IMG/VR virus record: IMGVR_UViG_3300046694_000616
Direction: 5' to 3' (one strand)
Length of the DNA stretch: 64,000 nt
From: an uncultured virus (IMG/VR IMGVR_UViG_3300046694_000616)
Lineage: Duplodnaviria > Heunggongvirae > Uroviricota > Caudoviricetes
The number at the start of each line of letters is the position of its first letter. The first letter of the stretch is position 1. The translations under genes were made by a program, and so were the position numbers. The notes under the pieces were generated by a model, which ran no database searches, was not told the DNA's origin, and saw only the letters and a program-made list of their open reading frames with translations. This document shows, piece after piece, positions 7,907 to 16,305 of this stretch.

Positions 7907-9384
7907 AGAAAGCAAAGCTCTTTGAACTGCTGCGGGAACGCACCCGAGAGCGCGGCGAATTTCCGGCCCTCAAGCATGCTCTCACCGCAATCGCCGACGC
8001 GATGCAAGACGAGCACGCCAGCAACGCACAGCTCGCGACCACCGTCCTGGGTGACTTCACGCTCACCCAGAAGGTATTGAAGCTTGCCAATACAGTGGCC
8101 TATGCACCTTATGCGCGTAATGTGACCACGGTATCGCGCGCGCTCCTGATTCTCGGCTCGGCCACGGTCGCCTACACGGCGATGAACCTGCAGCTCATAG
8201 ACACCTTTGAAGGGATTACCGGCTCACGCGAGGACGCAGCGCACGAACTGGCCACCGCCTCATTTGCAGGGAAGCTTGCCAGGGAGTTTGCGACGAAGAG
8301 TGGAGAGTCCTTCGGGGAGGAGGCCGCCGTTGCTACCTTGCTCTACCAGCTTGCGCGCTTGCTGGTCGTTTTCTATCTTCCGGAGGAGTGGTCGCGCATC
8401 CGTGAGCTGCTCAACCTGGGCCTCGGCGAGGAGGAAGCTTTCCTCCAGGTTCTCGGCGTCACCCCCGATGAACTCAGTGAAGAGGCCATGAGGGAGTGGT
8501 CGCTGCCGCACCAGGTCATCCGTACGGCGAACACTCGACCAAAGACGCCTGGCGCGCTCGCGACGAACCACGCCGAATGGCTCGCCTGTCTGGCGGGGCT
8601 GTCGACCGAACTCTCCCACGAGCTGGCCCGCGGCGCGGATGAATCGAAGATTCAGGATGTACTCCAGACATATGCGTCGGCAATCGGACAGGACGCCTCA
8701 GAGCTCGAGCAACTGGCTCGAGGAATGTTTGCAGCGGAGCAACAGGCGCGTGCCTCCGGCGAGGAGGCAAGTGAGAGGCCTTCTCAGTCAGAAGGCAAGC
8801 CCCTTGACTCCGAGATGCGGCTTAGCCGGGCGCTCGCAGAATTGAAGGCCTCCGCCGATAGTACCGATGTGTCTTCGCTTACGCAGATGGTTCTCGAGTC
8901 CATCATGCAGGGTCTGGGTCTGGCGGCCAGCGTCGCTTTTTTCCGGATACCGGCCAAGAAGAACTTCGAGGCAAGACTTGGCTTTGGGCTGGCCAAAGAC
9001 GTTCTTCCGAAAATGTCCTTCGAAGAAGCTTTTGTCCCGGACCTCTTCCATCTGGCGTTGTCCCAAGGGCGTTCAATTTTTGTGGATGACATCCAGAGCG
9101 ACAAGAATGCGTCGCGGATTCCTGAATGGCACAAGAAGCTATTTCCAAACGTCCGCTCGGTCCTGCTCGTCCCGCTCCAGCTGAACGACAGGGCCATCGG
9201 CATGCTGTACGGAAACTGGGGTGAGCAGGTTTGCTCTACTGTTAGCAACGAAGAATATGAACACCTGCATACCATGCGCAACATGGTTTCAAAGGCCTTC
9301 GAAGAAGCGCTGAAAGCCCCGCTTGGGGCTTTCTCACTGATTGATGCGACCCAGAGAAAACGAGGTCGCAAGCCCCAGGCTTAG
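7903..9384 (+). CDS. HDOD domain signalling protein with C-terminal GAF-like domain
   Basis: FPAL...DFTLTQKVLKLANT...VTTVSRALLILG (HDOD); C-terminal VRSVLLVPLQLNDRAIGMLYG (GAF). Confidence 0.85.
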   Translation: MKKAKLFELLRERTRERGEFPALKHALTAIADAMQDEHASNAQLATTVLGDFTLTQKVLKLANTVAYAPYARNVTTVSRALLILGSATVAYTAMNLQLIDTFEGITGSREDAAHELATASFAGKLAREFATKSGESFGEEAAVATLLYQLARLLVVFYLPEEWSRIRELLNLGLGEEEAFLQVLGVTPDELSEEAMREWSLPHQVIRTANTRPKTPGALATNHAEWLACLAGLSTELSHELARGADESKIQDVLQTYASAIGQDASELEQLARGMFAAEQQARASGEEASERPSQSEGKPLDSEMRLSRALAELKASADSTDVSSLTQMVLESIMQGLGLAASVAFFRIPAKKNFEARLGFGLAKDVLPKMSFEEAFVPDLFHLALSQGRSIFVDDIQSDKNASRIPEWHKKLFPNVRSVLLVPLQLNDRAIGMLYGNWGEQVCSTVSNEEYEHLHTMRNMVSKAFEEALKAPLGAFSLIDATQRKRGRKPQA

Positions 9385-9524
9385 TGTTTGACCTGCGTGG
9401 CCACGTGTGCTGAGCCCGGGCGGGCGGAAGGGATGAGCTTGGGAAAGAAGGTCATCACGCCAGCCAGGACAAGCGCGCAGACCAGAGCGATGGCCACTAT
9501 TGGAGCGGTATTCAGCGAGTTCAC
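9381..9524 (-). CDS. 47-aa single-TM small protein
   Basis: GAGGAGAGGA RBS immediately after clpP; MNSLNTAPIVAIALVCALVLAGVMTFFPK... Confidence 0.5.
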   Translation of the reverse strand: MNSLNTAPIVAIALVCALVLAGVMTFFPKLIPSARPGSAHVATQVKH

Positions 9525-9535
9525 GGGTCCTCTCC

Positions 9536-10117
9536 TCAGGGCTTCTTTTCGATGACCTTGTCGACGAGGCCATACTCCATCGCGCTGACCGCGCTCATGT
9601 AGTGGTCACGGTCTGTGTCCTGCTCGATTTTCTCAAGCGGCTGGCCGGTACGCTCGGACATGATGGTGTTGAGCACGCCCTTCAAGCGGATGATTTCTCG
9701 CGCCGTGATTTCGATGTCGCTCGCCTGGCCCTGCGCTCCGCCCAGTGGCTGGTGAATCATCACACGAGCGTTCGGCAGCGCGAAACGCTTGCCTTTGGCA
9801 CCTGCACCGAGCAGGAACGCGCCCATGCTGGCGGCCATGCCCATGCAAAGCGTCGCCACGTCCGGCTTGATGAACTGCATCGTGTCGAAGATGGCAAGCC
9901 CTGCGCTGACGCTGCCCCCCGGCGAGTTGATGTAAAGATAGATGTCTTTTTCTGGATTGACGCTCTCGAGATAGAGCAGCTGCGCAATCACGAGATTGGC
10001 AGACTGGTCGGTCACCTGGCCATTCAGAAAGACGATGCGTTCCTTGAGCAGGCGGCTGTAGATGTCATATGCGCGTTCGCCGCGGCCGGAGGATTCAACG
10101 ACGGTTGGTACCAGCAT
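9536..10117 (-). CDS. clpP: ATP-dependent Clp protease proteolytic subunit
   Basis: [23 protein letters not shown] (Ser), MIHQP (His), DRD (Asp). Confidence 0.97.
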   Translation of the reverse strand: MLVPTVVESSGRGERAYDIYSRLLKERIVFLNGQVTDQSANLVIAQLLYLESVNPEKDIYLYINSPGGSVSAGLAIFDTMQFIKPDVATLCMGMAASMGAFLLGAGAKGKRFALPNARVMIHQPLGGAQGQASDIEITAREIIRLKGVLNTIMSERTGQPLEKIEQDTDRDHYMSAVSAMEYGLVDKVIEKKP

Positions 10118-10224
10118 GATTGGCCTTCAGGTGAGAATAGTTAACCACAAGATGCGGCATAGTTTACCACAGAATAACAAATCAAGCCATGCCGCTCGAG
10201 TAGTTAACTGTCTCTCGAGCCGCT

Positions 10225-10482
10225 TTAGCCGCTCACATAGGTCTTGACGCGCGTCAAGACTTCGGACCAGTCCTGCGCGTAGTGGTCGCCGTCAAACGGG
10301 TCTATGCCGCTGAATCCACGAGGCGGCCAGACATTGAAGCCGCTGTCGAGCCGCTCGATTTCGATATGGTGCTTTTCGGCGAGACCCTTGGCTGTCTCGC
10401 GCGCCTTTCGGTGTTCGTCCGGCTTGCGAGCGGCCGGCGCCCGGAACGTACGCGCGAGCTGGGAGGAGAGTGTCCGTGCCAT
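10225..10482 (-). CDS. hypothetical protein
   Basis: MARTLSSQ start; TTGCCA-N18-TATAGT promoter upstream. Confidence 0.6.
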   Translation of the reverse strand: MARTLSSQLARTFRAPAARKPDEHRKARETAKGLAEKHHIEIERLDSGFNVWPPRGFSGIDPFDGDHYAQDWSEVLTRVKTYVSG

Positions 10483-10630
10483 ACCGGTTGTCCCTGAGTT
10501 GAATGGAGGCTCACTATACCGGCGCTGGGCATAAACTGGCAACCAGAGAAGAGCGGGCCGGCACTGCGCGGGCATCGCGTGCAACTTAGTTGTGAATTGC
10601 GAAAAAGATTGGGCTTTCGGCCCGTTTTCA

Positions 10631-10639
10631 TGGTATACT
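10631..10639 (+). promoter_or_regulatory. sigma70 extended -10
   Basis: TGGTATACT at the head of a long + strand gene run. Confidence 0.55.
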
Positions 10640-10673
10640 GGCTTCATCGTAGAGATTGAATTCGGGGAATAAA

Positions 10674-11033
10674 ATGACGCACGCAGGAATGAACGCACCG
10701 CATCCGGACTGGCTGGCAAACGTCAAGGAAATCGCGGTCACGCCGGAGCAGGCCGAGGGCCGCTCGGAGACGGGCGCGGCGCTGGCGGCCATTGCCGCCG
10801 CGATGGACGTGCGCGGTGAACCTTTCGCAGCCGGCGAGGTAATGGGCGTCGTCGTCGAGCGTGGGGCGGATTCTGCGCACGCGGTGATGGTGTCAACCGG
10901 CGACTCCGGCGCTGACGTCGAGCGCATCGCGAAGGCATACGGAGTCCAGGTGTCCCGCGTGAGCCTGATGTCGGCGGCCGTGATGCTGCAGCAGGCGTAT
11001 CAGGGTCTGGCCAGCTGCAACGAACCCTTCTAA
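10674..11033 (+). CDS. hypothetical protein
   Basis: GGGGA RBS; first gene of the + strand run. Confidence 0.6.
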   Translation: MTHAGMNAPHPDWLANVKEIAVTPEQAEGRSETGAALAAIAAAMDVRGEPFAAGEVMGVVVERGADSAHAVMVSTGDSGADVERIAKAYGVQVSRVSLMSAAVMLQQAYQGLASCNEPF

Positions 11034-11044
11034 GGGCGACAGTC

Positions 11045-11272
11045 ATGATTAACCGCAAGACGCTCGACGAAACGATTGCTGAGCTGCAGCAGATGAGAGA
11101 CTCCGGCGTGCCGGGCAATACAGTCGTCGCGTTGCCGGACAGCACGGGTCGCAACGCAAATTTCGAACTGAAGCCGCGTGTGGCGTCGGTCGCCAAGGCC
11201 GAGTTCGAGAAGGGCTGGACCATCGCCAAATTCGTGGCGCAACGTGGTGTGCCGATTGTGCTGCTGGGTTAA
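11045..11272 (+). CDS. hypothetical protein
   Basis: AAGGG RBS; operon spacing. Confidence 0.65.
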   Translation: MINRKTLDETIAELQQMRDSGVPGNTVVALPDSTGRNANFELKPRVASVAKAEFEKGWTIAKFVAQRGVPIVLLG

Positions 11273-11283
11273 GGGGATACACG

Positions 11284-11613
11284 ATGGGATTCAGAACTGT
11301 GGTGCTGCTCGAAAACGACCGCGCTTCCGAGTGGGAAAACGACGCTTCGCTGGGAAAGAAAATCCTGCACGCCTCGATGTTCGCATCGGCGCGCATCGAG
11401 GCAGGCGACCGTGCTTCGTTCGTCGGCGGACGCGTGCTTGAGTGCACGCATGCCGACACCCAGACTCTCGCGGTCCTCAGCAGCTACAACCTCAAGGCGC
11501 TTGCGCACTCGAACTGGCAATCCGGGCAGTCCGATGAAGAGGTCGCTGTGCAGCTGCTGCGCCAGGTGGCCGAGAAGCTCGGCTACACACTCGCGAAGAA
11601 GCCTTCCCGCTGA
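11284..11613 (+). CDS. hypothetical protein
   Basis: AGGGGA RBS; operon spacing. Confidence 0.7.
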   Translation: MGFRTVVLLENDRASEWENDASLGKKILHASMFASARIEAGDRASFVGGRVLECTHADTQTLAVLSSYNLKALAHSNWQSGQSDEEVAVQLLRQVAEKLGYTLAKKPSR

Positions 11614-11639
11614 CTCTCGCAAGAACACGAGGAAACGTC

Positions 11640-11849
11640 ATGTACACCGTCATCGTCGAAGTCAAGGTCGTCAACTCGATGGGTGAGGTTGTCGACGCCG
11701 CGGGCTATGCCGACATGGGCAGCCCGCATCACACGCATCGGCCGCTGAAGACCGAACAGCGCTTCGTTACGTTCGAGGACGTCGAGAAAGCGCAAAAGGC
11801 CATGTACGGCGTTCATGGCATCGTCAAGGCCGCCCAGGAACTGCCGTAA
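11640..11849 (+). CDS. hypothetical protein
   Basis: GAGGA RBS. Confidence 0.65.
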   Translation: MYTVIVEVKVVNSMGEVVDAAGYADMGSPHHTHRPLKTEQRFVTFEDVEKAQKAMYGVHGIVKAAQELP

Positions 11850-11880
11850 TCAGGCAGCATTCGCAATCAAGGACATGAAC

Positions 11881-12321
11881 ATGAATCTCGGTGAACGCCT
11901 TAAGGCAGCAACGGCCGTGGAAAAGGAAGCGGCGCGCCGCGCGGAACTGGCCAAGCAGGCCGAAGTTGACGAGGCAACGCTCAAGCGGGTGCTGGCGGCC
12001 AGCCACTTCTTCGACTACGCGTTCCGGCTGTTCGAGCACCGGCTGCTGAACGAAAAAGTGCCCGGTAAGGTCAAGCTCGGTGGCGCGGAATTCCGCCACG
12101 CTGCTTTCGAGCTCGAGACCAGCAAGTGGAACATTCCCGTGAACCGCTCGACCGAGTGGCGCACCGAAGGCCGCGGCATCTGGTCGACGGACCATCCTCT
12201 GTACACGGTATGGGTGGATTTCGACCGCAACTGCAAGGCCGCAGGCCTCGAACCGCAGTGGGCGTACACCTACAACGGCGACGATTCCTGGTATGAACTG
12301 ACGGTTACGGCCGCCAACTGA
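11881..12321 (+). CDS. hypothetical protein
   Basis: AAGGA RBS; start could be 11875. Confidence 0.7.
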   Translation: MNLGERLKAATAVEKEAARRAELAKQAEVDEATLKRVLAASHFFDYAFRLFEHRLLNEKVPGKVKLGGAEFRHAAFELETSKWNIPVNRSTEWRTEGRGIWSTDHPLYTVWVDFDRNCKAAGLEPQWAYTYNGDDSWYELTVTAAN

Positions 12322-12345
12322 CACGCGCACCAAGGCTCAACTGGC

Positions 12346-12873
12346 ATGGCAAACTGGCTTACGTTCGAGAAGGTCAAGGAGTGGAGCGTCGCTCCGTGGC
12401 CGTTCTTCCAGTACGACGCGATTTCCGATGAGCTGATTGCGAAGGCGCTGGCCGATACCGCGGTGTTGCCCCGTGTCGACACCAAGCTAGACTGGGAAGA
12501 CGACCAGTGGCTTCGGCAGTGCCTGGACGTGCCGGACGAGTACAAGCACGCATATCGTGTTGCCGCGCTCGTGAGGGAACTGCGCGCCGGCGGCAAGCTT
12601 CAGCGTGCCATCCAGATTGACACGTTCCTTCTGAACCGATGCGGCTGTGGCATCGACAACGGTCACCATCGCATCCGCGCCCTGCAGTATCTTGGGGTAC
12701 CGTGTGGCCCGTTCGGGCTATCTGGTTATCTTGGCCCGCTCGAGGAGCTCGTGCGCACGGCCGGCGCGACAGCCCCCGACGAATTTCGGCACCTTTTCAG
12801 TCCGGAGCTGCTCGCCGCGGCGCCAGATGATGTCGTCCCTTCCCGCGGCAAGCCTTCGAGGAGTTGTTCATGA
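12346..12873 (+). CDS. ParB/Srx-like domain protein
   Basis: IDNGHHRIRALQYLG resembles the ParB-N GxHR box. Confidence 0.45.
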   Translation: MANWLTFEKVKEWSVAPWPFFQYDAISDELIAKALADTAVLPRVDTKLDWEDDQWLRQCLDVPDEYKHAYRVAALVRELRAGGKLQRAIQIDTFLLNRCGCGIDNGHHRIRALQYLGVPCGPFGLSGYLGPLEELVRTAGATAPDEFRHLFSPELLAAAPDDVVPSRGKPSRSCS

Positions 12874-13244
12874 GAAAACTGCTTCCCTTTGCGCATCCCA
12901 TTTCGCTTGCGTGCGCGCTGGTGCTCGGAGTAGCGGCGTTGCTGCTGGGCGCACCGACCGTGTTTCCGTTGCTGGCTCAGGCCGAGACCGGGACCCAGTT
13001 CGTACTGGGGATGGTCGTCTATTGCGCGGGGGCGGAGATGCTCGGCGGTGTTGCCTATCTGCTGACGCTGACGCTGCTGGTCATGACGGCACGCGGGCGC
13101 ACGTGCATCGCCTTCGCTTCCGTGGCGGAATGCCAGGGTATCCGTTCCTGGCTGTGCAGCAGCTGGAGCTTCTTCGCCGCGGGTGGGCAACAGACCGGCA
13201 TGCGGGTTCTGGGCGTCGAAGTTGCCCTTCAGGGTCAGCTCTAA
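12870..13244 (+). CDS. membrane protein
   Basis: Two hydrophobic segments; ATGA coupling, GAGGAG RBS. Confidence 0.6.
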   Translation: MRKLLPFAHPISLACALVLGVAALLLGAPTVFPLLAQAETGTQFVLGMVVYCAGAEMLGGVAYLLTLTLLVMTARGRTCIAFASVAECQGIRSWLCSSWSFFAAGGQQTGMRVLGVEVALQGQL

Positions 13245-13257
13245 TCGCATCCTGGTC

Positions 13258-13746
13258 ATGTCCAGCATCCCAGACCTCGAGCTCGACGGCCGCCAGTTCA
13301 GACTGACCGCGGCGTTACGAGACTTCATCGAGACGGTCGAACCCAACATTGTCGACGTCGTCGCAGGCCCGAAGGAGCTGACCGTCATGGGCGTCGTTCC
13401 GGATGTGGTCGTAACGAAGGGCATCTGGCCACATCTCGACCCGCACTGGAAGGGGAAGGTGTTCTTCACGATGACCGCGGACGGCAGCATGTTCGAATTC
13501 GGCTCGCCGTCGATACCGAATGGAAGGCTTGTTCCCGCCGGCCGGGTCTTTCGCGTGGACCCGATGGAGCTGCACTGGCTGAAGCCGGACCCGGTCGTAT
13601 CCTGTAGCTGGACGGGTCTGCAGTGGGTAGTGCCGCTCGAGCAGGAGGAGGCCTTCGTCTCGTCCCTGGCTGCCGCCATCGGCGAATGGAACAACCCGTG
13701 CTTTGCGCTGCCATCTCTCGATTGCAATCTGGATGAAGCTCCCTGA
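13258..13746 (+). CDS. possible 2OG-Fe(II)/cupin-fold protein
   Basis: IWPHLD (HxD)...PAGRVFRVDPMELHWL (distal His). Confidence 0.45.
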   Translation: MSSIPDLELDGRQFRLTAALRDFIETVEPNIVDVVAGPKELTVMGVVPDVVVTKGIWPHLDPHWKGKVFFTMTADGSMFEFGSPSIPNGRLVPAGRVFRVDPMELHWLKPDPVVSCSWTGLQWVVPLEQEEAFVSSLAAAIGEWNNPCFALPSLDCNLDEAP

Positions 13747-13809
13747 TGAATAGCCGTAACCTAGCGTAGTGCGTCGCGCTTAGCCGCGGCAACTCATGAA
13801 GATTCTTGG

Positions 13810-14202
13810 ATGGAACTGGAAATGACGACAGAAGCGACTGGTAACACGAGTGTCGAAGCTGAATTGATGGCGGAAATTGCGCGTTTGCGCGCAGCACTCA
13901 AAGGCCCTGAAGGGTTCGCCACCTGGGAAGAGGCCTTCCATGCGGAGCGCCTTGCTCGAGTGCGCGCAGAACAGGAACTCTTCTCGACGCAGGTCAACGG
14001 CCAGGATGGCTGGGTGCTGCTCGACCTTGCCACTCAGTGTGCCGAAAAGGCGCCTAGCCACAGTGCGCTCGAGGAGACGGAATTTGCTTACGGCAAATAT
14101 CGACCCCGGCCAGCGCCCTGGGTGATGCAGGCGATGAAGGCCGCCATCCGCTGGGACCGAAGGATGAACCGCGAGGCTGCGCCCGCCGTAGCTGGCACCT
14201 GA
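13810..14202 (+). CDS. hypothetical protein
   Basis: ORF in the + strand run; start uncertain. Confidence 0.55.
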   Translation: MELEMTTEATGNTSVEAELMAEIARLRAALKGPEGFATWEEAFHAERLARVRAEQELFSTQVNGQDGWVLLDLATQCAEKAPSHSALEETEFAYGKYRPRPAPWVMQAMKAAIRWDRRMNREAAPAVAGT

Positions 14203-14215
14203 CGCCGGCGCGCTG

Positions 14216-14222
14216 CTATACC
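14216..14222 (+). promoter_or_regulatory. CTATACG-class box (variant CTATACC)
   Basis: 26 nt upstream of ATG 14249. Confidence 0.45.
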
Positions 14223-14248
14223 CAGAATCGCAACTGAAGAGGGCCTTC

Positions 14249-14479
14249 ATGTTAAACATCCCGGCGCACGCGCGCTGCGTCAATGTCGCCCAGCTCCGAG
14301 CTGTGCATGGCCCGACCTCCGCGGACCGCGCCTTCCGTCTCGCGAGTGAGCGCGCGGCTGAGATGGCTGACCGCATCGCTGCGGCGCAGTCGCGCTCGAG
14401 GCAGGTCTCGAACGAGCTGTTTCGACGGCAGAGTGAGCAGGCCGCAAAGATAGCCAGACTCATCTCGAATCGTGGATAG
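14249..14479 (+). CDS. hypothetical protein
   Basis: GAGGG RBS; followed by a terminator. Confidence 0.55.
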   Translation: MLNIPAHARCVNVAQLRAVHGPTSADRAFRLASERAAEMADRIAAAQSRSRQVSNELFRRQSEQAAKIARLISNRG

Positions 14480-14485
14480 TTAACA

Positions 14486-14517
14486 AAAAGCCCGCCAGTT
14501 GGTGGGCTTTCGTTTTT
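14486..14517 (+). terminator. intrinsic terminator (possibly bidirectional)
   Basis: AAAGCCCGCC-agtt-GGTGGGCTTT plus T-rich tail. Confidence 0.75.
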
Positions 14518-14518
14518 G

Positions 14519-14527
14519 TGGTATAAT
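14519..14527 (+). promoter_or_regulatory. sigma70 extended -10
   Basis: TGGTATAAT 34 nt before ATG 14562. Confidence 0.55.
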
Positions 14528-14561
14528 GAATCCACATAGTGAAAAGCCGACGAGACCAGCC

Positions 14562-15047
14562 ATGAACTTCTTCACCCGAATCGACTACATGACCCTGAAG
14601 CCGGGCAACAAGACCGCAGGATTCTTCCTCGCGGTGGCGGTGTCGGCGCTGAAGACGCTCAGCGAGGTCGAAGTCACGGAAGAGGAGAGCACGCGTCTGC
14701 TCGAAGATGCGCGTACGCGTGTTCGCCGCGCGGAACTCATCTCCGACGAGCTCGTCGACGATTGCGGGTTCGAACTGTTGAATGGCGGTGTGCCGCGTTA
14801 CTTTTGGGTGAACCGAATGTTCGGAGGCAGCCTGGGCGCCAATCCGGATGAGCTGGACCACATCTCGAGACCGGAGCGCATCGAGGGCCTGGGCATCGAG
14901 CTGGAGTACACGCCGCACAACGTGGATGCGCCCAAGCAGGCGCTGGTGCTGATGATTCTGGTTCAGACTTGGGCCGAATGGGCATGGGGCAAGATTCTGG
15001 TCGCCGAGCACGCGCGACTGAGAGCAGAGAAGGAGACGAAATCATGA
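14562..15047 (+). CDS. hypothetical protein
   Basis: MNFFTRID start; typical codon usage. Confidence 0.7.
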   Translation: MNFFTRIDYMTLKPGNKTAGFFLAVAVSALKTLSEVEVTEEESTRLLEDARTRVRRAELISDELVDDCGFELLNGGVPRYFWVNRMFGGSLGANPDELDHISRPERIEGLGIELEYTPHNVDAPKQALVLMILVQTWAEWAWGKILVAEHARLRAEKETKS

Positions 15048-15259
15048 CCGTAAAGCGGCTCGATGACCTGCGCGCGGCCGCACTGGGTGTGGGCGGCGCG
15101 CTGATGGTCTACTACGGCTTTGCTGCGAGCCAGGTGCTCGCAGGCAACACCTCCCTGGACCGGCCCGTAACCTGGCTGGGACTCGTCGCCGGCGTGGCGG
15201 CTCTGGGATGGGTGGTAGCGACAATGCCCGCGCGGCGTCAGCGCCACGGGGACATCTGA
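15044..15259 (+). CDS. small 2-TM membrane protein
   Basis: AAGGAG RBS, ATGA coupling, two hydrophobic helices. Confidence 0.65.
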   Translation: MTVKRLDDLRAAALGVGGALMVYYGFAASQVLAGNTSLDRPVTWLGLVAGVAALGWVVATMPARRQRHGDI

Positions 15260-15471
15260 TGCAGCTGAAGACCAATATCGAGCCGCTCGACCCGGGTTCG
15301 TGTACCGCCGGGTATTCGAGGGGATGGAAGTACGCCGAGTGGTGGCTGTCAAAGGGCGGCCCGCTGAAGGCCGACGCTCCAGATAACTGGGCTGAAGACC
15401 GGGCCAATGGATTTTGCGACCGCTTGGTGCGCGAGCGCAACGCACGCGCTACGGTACCGCAACAGCAATGA
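15259..15471 (+). CDS. hypothetical protein
   Basis: TGATG coupling (MQLKTNIE). Confidence 0.55.
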   Translation: MQLKTNIEPLDPGSCTAGYSRGWKYAEWWLSKGGPLKADAPDNWAEDRANGFCDRLVRERNARATVPQQQ

Positions 15472-15630
15472 ACAACGGGGCTAGCCGCCGACGCTGACGC
15501 ACTCCTGGAGCAGCATCAGAAACTGTATCGTGCGTTCGTTCGCATGGCCTCCGCCTTCGAAACCGCTTCACCTGAAGCCTTCAGGCAGTTCTGGTATGAA
15601 GGCGGCCGTACCGACGCCCCGAATTCCTGA
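15468..15630 (+). pseudogene. possible small gene with +1 frameshift in a G4 run
   Basis: ATGA-coupled start; removing one G at 15477-15480 gives MNNGLAADADALLEQHQKLYRAF...NS*. Confidence 0.3.
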
Positions 15631-15784
15631 CGCGGCACCTCGAACCCCCTCCAGCAGTACCTCATCCAGGCAACCGCGCCCCCGGCGGCGCGTTTCTGCC
15701 AGCTCCAGATTCCTATACTGAACGTTGCGACTTGACAAACGAAGTTAACTCTTCGCGTTGTGCAAGCACAAATGCGTTATATTG

Positions 15785-15793
15785 TGGTATACT
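15785..15793 (+). promoter_or_regulatory. sigma70 extended -10
   Basis: TGGTATACT in an AT-rich gap. Confidence 0.5.
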
Positions 15794-15834
15794 ACTTGCG
15801 TCCAATTCAAAACCTCGTAAGTGTGTTTAGCGCC

Positions 15835-16269
15835 ATGCCCAACTCCACCCTGCGTGTACTGCCATCGTTCGCCTGGCACACGGCGCATCTGCTGAGTTTT
15901 CAGCACGACGGTCGTGGTCTGCCCCGTAGCGGCAGCCCGGCACTGATGCTGATGGTGGGGCTCAAGCTGACGCTGACCTGTCTGGTCGTCACGTTGATGA
16001 TGCCCGAGGTTGGAGTGGTCTCTGGTTTTCTGAAGTCGCTTCTGGCGGTTGCTGCGCTGTATGCATGCGCGAGCGCCTTGCGACGGTTTTACGCGTTCTC
16101 GGGCTATCTGTTGCTGTGGTCGGGAGTCGATGTCGGTCTGCTGGTTCTGAACCTGGCGGTCGACCACGTCCCGGAGGCATTCATCACGACCTGCTATGCC
16201 TGGGGTCTTTCAGCTTTTATCGTGCTGCTCATGCGGGCAGCGTCACTACATGAGAAAAACACAAATTAA
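15835..16269 (+). CDS. multi-pass membrane protein
   Basis: About 4 hydrophobic segments; start uncertain. Confidence 0.6.
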   Translation: MPNSTLRVLPSFAWHTAHLLSFQHDGRGLPRSGSPALMLMVGLKLTLTCLVVTLMMPEVGVVSGFLKSLLAVAALYACASALRRFYAFSGYLLLWSGVDVGLLVLNLAVDHVPEAFITTCYAWGLSAFIVLLMRAASLHEKNTN

Positions 16270-16305
16270 CAACCGGGCATTGGCGCCCCATGGGACGGTG
16301 CGCTG

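Noticed and set aside
10513..10519. CTATACC as a CTATACG-class box on the + strand
   Set aside because: Better explained as the TATAGT -10 of a TTGCCA-N18-TATAGT promoter for the - strand gene ending at 10482.
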